Below, piece after piece: positions 49,580-58,922 of a stretch of 64,000 bases of DNA. Source of the stretch: Desulfobacterales bacterium (GTDB taxonomy: Bacteria > Desulfobacterota > Desulfobacteria > Desulfobacterales > UBA5852); the NCBI GenBank assembly GCA_963674755.2, contig CAXXVS010000001.1, forward strand, positions 96,001-160,000, given 5' to 3'. The notes under the pieces were generated by a model. That model was not told where the DNA came from, made no database searches, and saw only the letters and a list, made by a program, of their open reading frames with translations. Positions within the stretch are counted from its first letter, which is position 1. Each line of letters begins with the position of its first letter. A program made the translations under genes and the position numbers.

Positions 49580-50725
49580 TCAGACTTCTATTTCAAGGGC
49601 ATGTGGCGCATCAAAGATCGGCGCCAGGCTTGACTCAGGGATGCCCAAACCAGGCCCCTGAAAGAGGGGTTTGCGCTTCATGCCCTGCAATCGTTCGTGG
49701 TCTTGATTCAAGTCGATAAACAATAAAGAAGAATACCCCTCATAATGATTGAAAGCGGAATGACTGGAGGCCGCATACAAGCCGGCAGCATCCAGGATGG
49801 GGCCTTCACCGACATGCGTTCCGAGCTGGCATTTCAAACCGTTTTGCTGGGCGAGATCGGCGATGGCCATCAGTTTAAGGAGGCCGCCGCACTTTGAAAG
49901 CTTCAGATTGAAGCCGTCACAGGCCTGGGACATGGCCATTTTTTGGGCATCCTCCAGCGAGCAAATCGATTCATCCAGTATGATATCGATATCGATCATC
50001 TCCCGAAGCTCGCGTAGTCGTTCGGGTGTGGCCCCACGAATGGGTTCCTCAATGGATAGGATATCGAAAGAGGCCATCTGTTCAATGTGCTTTAAGGCCT
50101 CCTGAAACGACCACTTGCCGTTGGCTTCGATCCGGATAGGTATCTGGGGGCCGATCATGGAACGAATAAAGGCGACACGCTGGACGTTCTCCTGAAGGTC
50201 GTTTTTCATCAGGATTTTGACGGCATCCATCGAAATGAAATGTTGCAGATAGACGAACAGTTTCTCGATTTGATGGGTTGGCAAGAAGGGAACCGATATG
50301 GATCGGGGGACGTCGCGCGTAGGATGCCGGCCGGTTACTTCGGCGATATGAACCTGGCGATGTTTACCCAAGGCGTCCAGCAGCGCCAGATCGATGGCCG
50401 CCAAAGCGGACAAAAAGGCCCCGCCTGCTTCGGATAGGCATCTTTTCTCGATTGTCTCCAGAATCGTGACCAGATCGTCAAAGGATTCCAAATCGGCCTC
50501 AAACAGCACCGGGGAGGCAATTTCCTGAATAACTTTCGTTACGGTCCGGCAGTTCTCCCCCGTTACGTATGCCCTGGGCGCGCATTCGCCATAAGCCTGG
50601 CACCCGTTCTCGAAAGTCAATTCCAGAAATAAGGATTCAGCAGCGATACGGTGGGTTTGGGGTGAATGAAAGCCCACCTTGAAAGGCTGTCGGTATTCGG
50701 TGAGCTGAAGTTTTAATAGTTTCAT
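49580..50725 (-). CDS. Enolase-superfamily (MLE/dipeptide-epimerase subgroup) protein with altered active site
   Basis: YGEC.P..YVTGE, AIDLALLD, EAN / EEP / DES metal ligands, NLKLSKCGG. Confidence 0.85.
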   Translation of the reverse strand: MKLLKLQLTEYRQPFKVGFHSPQTHRIAAESLFLELTFENGCQAYGECAPRAYVTGENCRTVTKVIQEIASPVLFEADLESFDDLVTILETIEKRCLSEAGGAFLSALAAIDLALLDALGKHRQVHIAEVTGRHPTRDVPRSISVPFLPTHQIEKLFVYLQHFISMDAVKILMKNDLQENVQRVAFIRSMIGPQIPIRIEANGKWSFQEALKHIEQMASFDILSIEEPIRGATPERLRELREMIDIDIILDESICSLEDAQKMAMSQACDGFNLKLSKCGGLLKLMAIADLAQQNGLKCQLGTHVGEGPILDAAGLYAASSHSAFNHYEGYSSLLFIDLNQDHERLQGMKRKPLFQGPGLGIPESSLAPIFDAPHALEIEV

Positions 50726-50740
50726 CGATGCGGCTGCTTT

Positions 50741-51172
50741 TCAGGATGGGGGTTGCTGATTCAGCGCCTCTCGCTCGTTCGAAAGTTCCGTCAGCAACTG
50801 GCGGAGCGTCCAGCGCTCCGAAGTGGGGGTCAGGGTCGCCCACAAAGGGCTTGGCAGGCCGGCTTCCCGGTAACCAGCGATCAGCCGGTGAAGTTCGTTT
50901 TCGGTGATTCCCGCCATGATAATGGCTGCCGGCATACGGGAAGGTTCACCACGTCCGGTATTCGCCGGCCGGGCCATCAGATTGCCCAGGGATTCCTCCA
51001 AGTCGATGCTTGCCGCATAGATCGCGGGCAGGTCGGCGATGGTGCTGGCAGTGATGACTTTGTCTATAGCGCTCTGGCCTTCAGAGGTAAATCCGCAAAC
51101 CAGCAGGTTGCGTGGTCCGTACAACGGACGCGAACTGCGGGTCACGCGACTGAATTGGGCGTTGTCGTTCAT
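50741..51172 (-). CDS. DUF3783-like protein
   Basis: C-terminal PLWATLTPTSERWTL..LL.EL..ERE signature. Confidence 0.75.
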   Translation of the reverse strand: MNDNAQFSRVTRSSRPLYGPRNLLVCGFTSEGQSAIDKVITASTIADLPAIYAASIDLEESLGNLMARPANTGRGEPSRMPAAIIMAGITENELHRLIAGYREAGLPSPLWATLTPTSERWTLRQLLTELSNEREALNQQPPS

Positions 51173-51275
51173 TTGGCCTTTTCCCCTGGGGATTGAGCCG
51201 GGTTAAGGGCGTTGAGATGCCAACCGTTTCGATGACTGCGGCGCATTATGCCATAAAGTATGCCCTTTCACAATG

Positions 51276-51851
51276 CTATCCGTTGGTTCGGGGGAGCACC
51301 ATGGGAGCGGCCACCTCGGCCGCCTTGGCCTCCCCCATCAGAAGGGTCACCAAGGTGAGGGCAAACTCGATCGCGGTGCCCGGGCCCTGGCTGGTAACGC
51401 ACTTGCCGCCTACGACCACTCGCGCCTGATCTGCCTGGCCGTCTGTCAGCTGTCCCCGGAAAGCCGGATGGCTGGTGGCCTGGCAGCCGCCAAGCAGGCC
51501 GTGGTGGGAGAGCACAACGGCCGGCGCGGCGCATATGGCGCCATACCAGCGGTCGGCGGCCCGATGGCGGCGCAGCAGATCCGTCAGGGGGCGCGAATCC
51601 CGCAGATGCTCGGCACCGGGCATCCCGCCGGGCAGTACAATCAAGTCGAAATCAATCTTCTGGCAATCCGTGATTTGGCAGTCCGCGACGATGTTGACAC
51701 CGCGCGAGGCGGTTATCTGACGACCGCCAACTGAAGCGACCGTAACGTCGGCGCCGGCCCGGCGCAGGACATCGATGATGCAGACGGCTTCGATTTCCTC
51801 GGTGCCGTCGGCAATGGGGACGAGAACCTTGGGGGGTGTGGCAGGGGGCAT
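51276..51851 (-). CDS. DJ-1/PfpI (YajL/ThiJ) family protein
   Basis: GTEEIEA, LPGGMPGA, AICAAP, TSQGPGTA. Confidence 0.93.
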   Translation of the reverse strand: MPPATPPKVLVPIADGTEEIEAVCIIDVLRRAGADVTVASVGGRQITASRGVNIVADCQITDCQKIDFDLIVLPGGMPGAEHLRDSRPLTDLLRRHRAADRWYGAICAAPAVVLSHHGLLGGCQATSHPAFRGQLTDGQADQARVVVGGKCVTSQGPGTAIEFALTLVTLLMGEAKAAEVAAPMVLPRTNG

Positions 51852-51882
51852 GGCTGGTCAACCTTTCTGCCGGCAGGGGATT

Positions 51883-52644
51883 TCAGGGCAGCGCCTGCCA
51901 GGCGGTTTTTGCTATGGCGAGATTGTCACCCGTTTCCCGGCGGCGGATCACATGCCGAAAGATTGGTTGGGGGCTGTTCGAGGGTTGGCTGGCCGCAAGG
52001 ATGTCTTCGGCATGGAAGGCCTCGCCGGTGAAGTTGATATCCAGGGCCGCCAGGCGGCCAGTGTTCCGTACCTGGGCGGGGACGGTCTCCAGGGCCCATT
52101 CCACATAGCGGACATTGTTCACATGCCCGTTACGATCGAGATCCCGGTCGCCGACCCGAAAAGCCTGCTCGTGCGTGATCCCTGCGGGGGCCTCGAGCTT
52201 GGCCGGTAAGGTGGCCAGCGCGCGCGGGCGGTCCGGCACGGGCAACGGTTCGGGCAAGGCCGTCAATCGTTGGGGACGCCAGCGTTGCAAATCCATCACC
52301 ACCCAACTCGTAACGCAGCGGCCCACCTCCCCGCCGTCTTTTTCGAAAAGAAGAAAATCGCGCTGGCTGATCAGGCGCTCCTGGTGTGAAGGCCAGGTCT
52401 GGACGGTCATGCGATCCTGCCATGCCAGGTCGCGGAGGAGTTCGAGCCGCATGCGCACCAAAACCCAGGTAAGGTTCAGGGGGCGCAGCTGGTCGATGGA
52501 AACCCCCAGGGCCTGGGCGTGGCACCCGGCCGCGTCCTGCAAAAAATTACAGATGGCGGCTACCGAAAGGCGCCCGCGGGCATCCACGTCATAGGATCTG
52601 ACCGGGTAGACATCCTGCCAGAGTGGGGAGCGCGGGTTTTCCAT
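51883..52644 (-). CDS. Acyl-ACP thioesterase (double hot-dog fold)
   Basis: VRSYDVD..G, QDAA..HA, DLDRNGHVNNVRY. Confidence 0.9.
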   Translation of the reverse strand: MENPRSPLWQDVYPVRSYDVDARGRLSVAAICNFLQDAAGCHAQALGVSIDQLRPLNLTWVLVRMRLELLRDLAWQDRMTVQTWPSHQERLISQRDFLLFEKDGGEVGRCVTSWVVMDLQRWRPQRLTALPEPLPVPDRPRALATLPAKLEAPAGITHEQAFRVGDRDLDRNGHVNNVRYVEWALETVPAQVRNTGRLAALDINFTGEAFHAEDILAASQPSNSPQPIFRHVIRRRETGDNLAIAKTAWQALP

Positions 52645-52647
52645 GGG

Positions 52648-53322
52648 TCACCCACCCGGCAGATACGGGCTGAGATCCTTGACATAGTGGGAGATCACTT
52701 TGAATCCTTCCTTCTCAAGGCGTGCGGCGGCGTTTTCCCCGGCACTGGCCGGAACGCGGATTACCAGATAATAGACCCCGGGATGATTCTGCTCCGGCCA
52801 GGTGAACAAACTGCGGATGTTGATGCCATCCTCCCGCAGGGCCCTGGAGATGTCGGAAATAACCCCGATGCGGTCCTTGACCAGCACGGTCAAACGGGCG
52901 CTGTCCTTGTCGATCCCGATGGCTTCCAAAAGAATTTTGATGACATCGCGGGACGTGATGATGCCTACCAGCGCTTTGCCATCGAGCACCGGCAGCGCGT
53001 TGATGCGGTGCTGGTTCATCAGCAGGGCCGCCCGTTCGATGGTGGTTCCGGGGGCGATGGCGATAGTTTTTTTGGTCATGATGGAAAAGACGGTCACCTG
53101 GTCCAGAAGATACATGAGTTCGTTTTTGCTGAGGGTGGTGGCGGACGAGGCCCAGCTCTTCTTCAAATCCCGGTCCGAGACGATGCCCAGCAGTTCCCCT
53201 TCGCCGTCTACCACGAGGAGGTGGTTGATCTGCTTTTGGTCCAGCAAGTCCTGGGCGGCGAGCAGGGTGGTTTCAGGGGGTACGGTAACCAGTTCGGTAC
53301 GCATGACGTTTCCGACGTACAT
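52648..53322 (-). CDS. CBS-pair plus ACT domain protein (AcuB-like)
   Basis: Two CBS repeats (GIVSDRD, GIITSRD) and ACT motif DRIGV...GINI. Confidence 0.9.
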   Translation of the reverse strand: MYVGNVMRTELVTVPPETTLLAAQDLLDQKQINHLLVVDGEGELLGIVSDRDLKKSWASSATTLSKNELMYLLDQVTVFSIMTKKTIAIAPGTTIERAALLMNQHRINALPVLDGKALVGIITSRDVIKILLEAIGIDKDSARLTVLVKDRIGVISDISRALREDGINIRSLFTWPEQNHPGVYYLVIRVPASAGENAAARLEKEGFKVISHYVKDLSPYLPGG

Positions 53323-53375
53323 GGCAAATCCTCCTGTAGGTGTTGGCGTAGATGTTTCGTCTCTTCCAGCGTGGA

Positions 53376-53404
53376 ATTCTATGCAACCCTATGGGGGGTG
53401 TCAA
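53376..53404 (-). promoter_or_regulatory. Sigma70 promoter for the CBS-ACT/thioesterase/DJ-1 run
   Basis: TTGACA-N17-TAGAAT. Confidence 0.7.
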
Positions 53405-53411
53405 TTCAAAC

Positions 53412-53738
53412 TCACCGATCACGGGGCGGCAGAAGTCCGGTCAGGCCGGTGCCCAGCAAAATCAAGCTGCCGGTAAGCAGGAAGGCCTGCGCAAAGAGAC
53501 CGGCATTCCCCAGCCAGCCGATGACGAGCGGCACACATCCGCCCCCTAAAAGAAAAGCCATGGGAATGGTCATCGCCACTGCCATGCTGCGATATTCCGG
53601 TGGACTGAGGGCGGAAAGGGCGCTCAACCCGGCCGGGAAAAAGCATATCGCCAGAACCGGCTGGGCGAAGACGGCCCCCTTGAGCCAGGAGCCCTCCAGC
53701 AACCCAAGAGCCGCAGAAGCAGCTGGGGCAATGCTTTG
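53412..53738 (-). pseudogene. C-terminal remnant of a membrane transporter (probably MFS)
   Basis: About 3 TM helices (QPVLAICFFPAG...LLGGG.VPLVIGWLG) with an in-frame stop just upstream and no room for the rest of the protein. Confidence 0.6.
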
Positions 53739-53880
53739 TTAATCGGCAAATCGCTGTCGGACGGTGTGCGGCGGGAAGATGTCACCGCTCCTGCCAACGG
53801 CGGACCGCAGCCATGGCGGCCGGCCGCATTGCAAAGGTTTGCTTGCTTAGCGAAACCCAGGCCCCTTTGGATCAGGCTTG

Positions 53881-54915
53881 TTACGGGGTATTGCCGCAGA
53901 AACCCGTGGCACCCCAGTGATGCCGCGCCAGACGCAATTGGCCTTCGGCGTTGCTCAGACGGGGATCCTGGTGGTGTTCGATCAGGACCACCTCGCCTTT
54001 GATCAGCGGGGCCATATCTTCCGCCAGGTCAGCGGCCCCACCCCCGGTCAAAAGAACGCTTTCCAGATCCCAGTCTTCCCTGAGGAAGGCGTTGATGCGA
54101 TCCCCCAGCGCGGCGGCCAGCCACCGATAGGTTGTATCCCGCAGGGGCTGCAAATTGTACTCCTGGTCCCCGATCCGGATAAAGCCCCGGCGAATGGCTT
54201 TTAAGAGGTGCCGCAGGCCGGGCGGCGGTGCGCTGGTTTGGCCAAGCTTGGCCGCGATGGCCTCGATGCCGTCGGCCATGCCCATCTCGATGGTGCCGCT
54301 GCCCCGGTTGCCGGAAAGCGCCGCCGTCATGACCATGACGTCGGTGGTGCGGAAGCCGATGTCCACCAGGACGACTTTGCTTTCGCGGTAGGGAGAGGAT
54401 CGCAGATAGCCCCTGTCATTCATGATCAAGGTGGCAAACGTGCCCAGCGGGTGCGGGACAACGCGCACCCTGCGGATGTGGATGTTTTTACGGACACAGC
54501 ACCCGTCGGGTTGGTAGATCCCGATTTTATGGTAGCCCGTGAGACGCTCCGTAAGCAGCTCTTGCCAATGTCGGGCAAGGGATACCGGTAGACCGATCAT
54601 CAGGTGCAGCGGGCGTTCCTGTTCGGAGAAGGCGGCGATGGCCGTCAGGGCCAGATACTTGCCGAACGTATCGAACAACCGCTCGGGTCGGCGGGCAAAA
54701 TCTTCGAGAAAGGCGGCGCCCGTATCGTCGCCTACCCGAAAGTCACCATCTTCGAGCGCAATGTCGAAGCCCCCCTCCGCCGGCTGGCCGGCACTACCGG
54801 GGAAGGGCAGACCCCGGCGCAGGCTGGAGGGGAAGATGACCGTCCGCTGGCCGTCGAGGCATTTGGTGAAGCCGAAGCCGATATCGAGACCGAGCAGTTT
54901 GGGTTGGCGGTTCAT
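53881..54915 (-). CDS. ParM/StbA-family actin-like ATPase (possibly Mad28-related)
   Basis: Phosphate-1 GLDIGFGFTK, GLP, phosphate-2 VDIGFRTTD, adenosine LLTGGGA, terminal NAEG. Confidence 0.85.
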   Translation of the reverse strand: MNRQPKLLGLDIGFGFTKCLDGQRTVIFPSSLRRGLPFPGSAGQPAEGGFDIALEDGDFRVGDDTGAAFLEDFARRPERLFDTFGKYLALTAIAAFSEQERPLHLMIGLPVSLARHWQELLTERLTGYHKIGIYQPDGCCVRKNIHIRRVRVVPHPLGTFATLIMNDRGYLRSSPYRESKVVLVDIGFRTTDVMVMTAALSGNRGSGTIEMGMADGIEAIAAKLGQTSAPPPGLRHLLKAIRRGFIRIGDQEYNLQPLRDTTYRWLAAALGDRINAFLREDWDLESVLLTGGGAADLAEDMAPLIKGEVVLIEHHQDPRLSNAEGQLRLARHHWGATGFCGNTP

Positions 54916-54959
54916 GGGGAATGCGCATCCAGATTCAGGGGCGGGATCTTAAAGCCGTG

Positions 54960-55613
54960 TCAAAATCCCAGGTCCTCATTGATCAGGACGATTTTTACCC
55001 GCTGCTTGGGGTAGGCCTTTTCCGTTATGGTCCAGGTGTTGCAGATACGATCCGGGCTGCTGCAGTCCTGGCAGAAGGAAGTGGTCCGGCAGGGCGTTTT
55101 TTTGTCCAGACGCATGGTATTTACCGGCGCGGCGTAGGTTTTGATGCGGTCCCAGGCAGCTTCCAGATCGGGGACGATTTTGTTGCGGCCCGCCAGCACC
55201 ACCACGAAGCGCGGGCCGAAGGTCAGCCCGGCGACGCGGTTGCCGATCATGTCCAGGTTGACGAGATGGCCGCCTTCGGTCACGGCGTTGGTGCTGGTGA
55301 AAAACAGATCCACCAGCAGGGCCTGGCGCCGCTGTTCCATCTTGTCGCTGTCGGACAGGGTGGTGTCATAGGTGTCGATAACGGTTATCTCCGCCATGTC
55401 CCGCAGCTGTTTGTAAAGACCGCATTCCACGAAAGTCCGCGATCCCCCCCAGGACATGCTGGCCGGTTGGACGGCCGGCAGGATTTCTTCCGTCACGATG
55501 CGGGCGGCATCCTCCCGCCGTGGGGCCAGGTGGACCTCAAAATTATTCTTCTCCAGAACGGTTTTCAGGTGTTCCAAACGCAGCTGCCAGTAATTTTCAA
55601 TCGATTTGTCCAT
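54960..55613 (-). CDS. LUD-domain (lactate-utilisation-like) protein
   Basis: WGGSRT, STNAVTEGG.LVNLD..GNRVA, GRNKIV, PC....C.DC.SPDRIC. Confidence 0.85.
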   Translation of the reverse strand: MDKSIENYWQLRLEHLKTVLEKNNFEVHLAPRREDAARIVTEEILPAVQPASMSWGGSRTFVECGLYKQLRDMAEITVIDTYDTTLSDSDKMEQRRQALLVDLFFTSTNAVTEGGHLVNLDMIGNRVAGLTFGPRFVVVLAGRNKIVPDLEAAWDRIKTYAAPVNTMRLDKKTPCRTTSFCQDCSSPDRICNTWTITEKAYPKQRVKIVLINEDLGF

Positions 55614-55805
55614 TCCGTGACTCCTGTTTAATCAGAGGATGATGATGGGGAAGCGGCCTCTCTGTGCAGACGGTGCCCGCCTTACCGGCGGGGTTGACGA
55701 AAACCGCCTGCATGGCAACAATGGATTATTAGTGCCGACAAAAATTGCCCCTCTTCTGTATGGGCTAACCAAGGGATGGGTCAACTGTAAAATGAGGAGG
55801 ACATC

Positions 55806-56765
55806 ATGCCGCTGCGAACACTAGGCCACACGGACATTGCCATATCCCCCATCATCATGGGCACCTGGCAGGCGGGCCGTGACATGTGGACCGATATCGA
55901 CGACGCCGCAACGACGCGCGCCATCCAGGCGGCCGTCGACAACGGCCTCAACACCATCGATACGGCCCCGGTTTACGGCAAGGGGCATTCGGAGCGGGTG
56001 ATCGCCAAAGCCGTGGGCCGCCGCCGCAGCCAAGTGGTGATTGCCACCAAGGTTTTCGCCAACGAACTGGCGCATGATCAAGTTCTGGCCGCCTGCGAAC
56101 GTTCCCTGAAAAACCTGGGCAGCGACTACATCGATTTGTACCAGATCCATTGGCCATCCGGCGCCTTCGGCAGTCCCGTGGTCCCCATCGAGGAAACCAT
56201 GCAGGCTTTAAACCGCCTGAAGGACCAGGGTAAGATCCGGGCGATCGGCGTTTCCAATTTTTCGCGCGACCAGCTTCAGGAAGCCATGGCCTATGGTGCG
56301 ATTGAAAGTCTGCAGCCGCCCTATTCGTTGTTCTGGCGGCATGTGGAGAAGGACGCCATGCCCCTTTGTACGGCCCAGGGGCTTTCGGTGCTGGCCTACT
56401 CGCCCATGGCCCAGGGGCTTCTCACCGGCAAGTTCGGACCCGACCACCAGTTCAAGCGGGGTGACCATCGGCGCGCCAACCGTCTGTTCCAGGAGCCGGT
56501 TTTTACAAAGGCGCAGGCGGCGCTGGAAACGTTGCGCCCCGTCGCCGATCGGCACGGGATCACCCTGGGCCAGCTGGCCCTGGCCTGGGTCGCCGCCCAG
56601 CCCGGTACCTGCGCCATTGCCGGCGCCCGCAATGAAACGCAAGTGATGGAAAATGCCAGGGCCATGTCGGTGTCCCTATCCTCCGAAGATCTGGCGGAAA
56701 TGGACCGCATCAGTCGCACCGTAACGGATGCTTTGGACGACAACCCCGTGCTCTGGAAATGGTAG
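55806..56765 (+). CDS. Aldo/keto reductase
   Basis: IDTAPVYG, IATK, DLYQIHWP, IGVSNF, YSPMAQGLL. Confidence 0.95.
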   Translation: MPLRTLGHTDIAISPIIMGTWQAGRDMWTDIDDAATTRAIQAAVDNGLNTIDTAPVYGKGHSERVIAKAVGRRRSQVVIATKVFANELAHDQVLAACERSLKNLGSDYIDLYQIHWPSGAFGSPVVPIEETMQALNRLKDQGKIRAIGVSNFSRDQLQEAMAYGAIESLQPPYSLFWRHVEKDAMPLCTAQGLSVLAYSPMAQGLLTGKFGPDHQFKRGDHRRANRLFQEPVFTKAQAALETLRPVADRHGITLGQLALAWVAAQPGTCAIAGARNETQVMENARAMSVSLSSEDLAEMDRISRTVTDALDDNPVLWKW

Positions 56766-56947
56766 ATGCAGCCTCCTGAACGCCAATTTAAAGGACGAAG
56801 CGTGTTCAAACGGATTGGGGCGCTTTGGGTGCGGGCTTAGTTGCCAGCGGGAAAAGGCCTCTTTCCCGATAGGGCGAATCACAAGCATCAATTGGCCTGG
56901 AGTCCGGTCGCGGTGGTTTCGGCAATGCCCCGACCGTCGCAGCGGAC

Positions 56948-57769
56948 CTACTGTCCGGTGAACTTCGGCGGCCGCTTTTCCATGAAAGCCGTGAAGGCCT
57001 CCATCAGATCCTGGGAGGGTACGATATCGGCGCTCACCGCGGCCACGTAGCGCAACCCGTCCGCCACGCTTTTACCGACACCGTAGTTGAGTACCGTTTT
57101 GCTGGCTTCCACGGCCAGGGGCGCGTTGGCGGCGATTTCCATGGCCATGGCCTCGGCCCCGGCCAGGAGGGCGGCCTGATCGTCAAAGATCGCGTTGACC
57201 AGCAGAATTTCACGGGCGCGCCGGGCATCGATGGTTTTGGCGGTATAGGCCAGCTCCCGGGTGATGCCCTGTCCCACGATCAGGGGCAGGCGCTGCAATA
57301 CGCCCACGTCCGCCACGAAACCCACGGCCGCTTCCTTGAGGCAGAAGACGGCGTCCCGGGAGCACAGGCGGATGTCGCAGGCCGTTACCATGTCGAGTCC
57401 GGCGCCGATGCAATAGCCGTGAATGGCTGCGATGACCGGTTTGCGGCAGCGTTCGATGCAGGTCATGGTCTCCTGCAGGGCGGCAATTTTCTTCAGCAGC
57501 CGCCACTTGATGCCGCCCATTTGATTCTTTTCCAGAATTTCCGGCAGCTCGCCCGTCATTTCCACCAGATCGATGCCCACCGAGAAGCAGGGCCCGTTGG
57601 CCGCCAGAATGACGACCCGGATTTCCGGGTCCTGATCGAGGGCTTCGAACAGCGGCGGCGCTTCCCGCCAGGCGGGCGGGTTCATGGCGTTCTTCTTTGC
57701 CGGTCGGTTGAGGCGTACCCAGGCGATGGGGGCTTTCTTTTCGAGGGTGTAAAAGGTGTTGGCGGGCAT
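56948..57769 (-). CDS. Crotonase/enoyl-CoA hydratase family protein (dienoyl-CoA isomerase-like)
   Basis: LNRP.KKNAM, FSVGIDL, HGYCIGAG, ADVGVLQRLP; AAGGAG before ATG 57769. Confidence 0.9.
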   Translation of the reverse strand: MPANTFYTLEKKAPIAWVRLNRPAKKNAMNPPAWREAPPLFEALDQDPEIRVVILAANGPCFSVGIDLVEMTGELPEILEKNQMGGIKWRLLKKIAALQETMTCIERCRKPVIAAIHGYCIGAGLDMVTACDIRLCSRDAVFCLKEAAVGFVADVGVLQRLPLIVGQGITRELAYTAKTIDARRAREILLVNAIFDDQAALLAGAEAMAMEIAANAPLAVEASKTVLNYGVGKSVADGLRYVAAVSADIVPSQDLMEAFTAFMEKRPPKFTGQ

Positions 57770-57981
57770 GAGGGGTCTCCTTAGGGGCGTGTTCGATGAT
57801 TGGCCTACCATATTTTCCCTGAATATAGCGGATATTGCCAAGTCCTGCCAGCTCTATCGAAGGGACAATTGCAAAGCCCCGTGCTTCCTGATATGGGAGG
57901 CGGTCAGAAAATCGTCCAGGCTCCCCGGCAGCGGTTGCCGGGGTGTAACGGTCAGCCAGATGAGGAAGCGGGCAGAGCGAT

Positions 57982-58842
57982 ATGGATATCTACTACGTCG
58001 ACGGTGAATTTGTCCCGGCCGACCGGGCGGTCATACCGGTCGACGATTTGGCGGTATTGCGGGGCTTGGGTGCTTTTGAATTGCTGCGCACGTATAACGG
58101 CCTGCCCTTTGCCCTGGCGGAGCATCTTCAGCGGCTGCAGCATTCGGTCCACAAGATGGGATTGTCGCTGCCTTGGCGCCAGGCCGAACTGATCCGGATC
58201 GTCCTGGAGACCCTGCAACGCAACCAGGCCAATGCGCATCCCGAGTCCAACATCCGCATTATCGTCACCGCCGGGTCCAGCCCTGATTTCATGACGCCCC
58301 AGGCCAAACCGCGGCTTCTGGTGCTGGTTTCGGAGATGCCCCGTCAACCGGAGGTCTGGTACACCGAGGGAATCAAGATCACCACCATGCAAAGCCGCCG
58401 GATTCTTCCAGGGGCTAAAAGCATCAACTATCTTTCCGCCACGCTGGCCATGCAAAAGGCCCGCGCCCAGGGAGCGGTGGAATCGGTCTATGTCGATCAC
58501 AGCGGACTGGTTTACGAGTGCACCACCAGTAATATTTTTATTTTCAAGGGCCCGCACCTGATTACCCCGGGGCGTCGCATTCTCTCCGGCATCACCCGGA
58601 GTTTTCTCCTGGAACTCGCCAAGGATTTTTTTGAGGTGACGGTCCGGGATGTGAGCCTGAAAGAGCTTAAAGGGGCGGACGAAGTTTTCATCACCGGAAC
58701 CAATAAAGGCGTCGTCCCGGTGGTCCAGGTGGATGATGCCACGATCGGCAGCGGCCGGCCCGGCCGGCACACCCAAACGCTTATTCAGGCCATGGGCGAA
58801 CGCGCCGCATCCCATGTTTCCGGCGTGGTCTATACGGCCTGA
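57982..58842 (+). CDS. PLP-dependent aminotransferase class IV
   Basis: RGLGAFE, EHLQRL..S, AKSINY, ECTTSN, LSGITR, ADEVF. Confidence 0.92.
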   Translation: MDIYYVDGEFVPADRAVIPVDDLAVLRGLGAFELLRTYNGLPFALAEHLQRLQHSVHKMGLSLPWRQAELIRIVLETLQRNQANAHPESNIRIIVTAGSSPDFMTPQAKPRLLVLVSEMPRQPEVWYTEGIKITTMQSRRILPGAKSINYLSATLAMQKARAQGAVESVYVDHSGLVYECTTSNIFIFKGPHLITPGRRILSGITRSFLLELAKDFFEVTVRDVSLKELKGADEVFITGTNKGVVPVVQVDDATIGSGRPGRHTQTLIQAMGERAASHVSGVVYTA

Positions 58843-58922
58843 GCCATACCAATCCGGCGTTGCGGGATCTCGTAGCGATCCGTGACCCATCTTAAGACGC
58901 CAGCAAGCACCAGGAGGAACCA

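Noticed and set aside
53740..54960. Plasmid parMRC partition locus or magnetosome island
   Set aside because: No parR, no iterated centromere repeats, no replication genes and no mam genes in the window.
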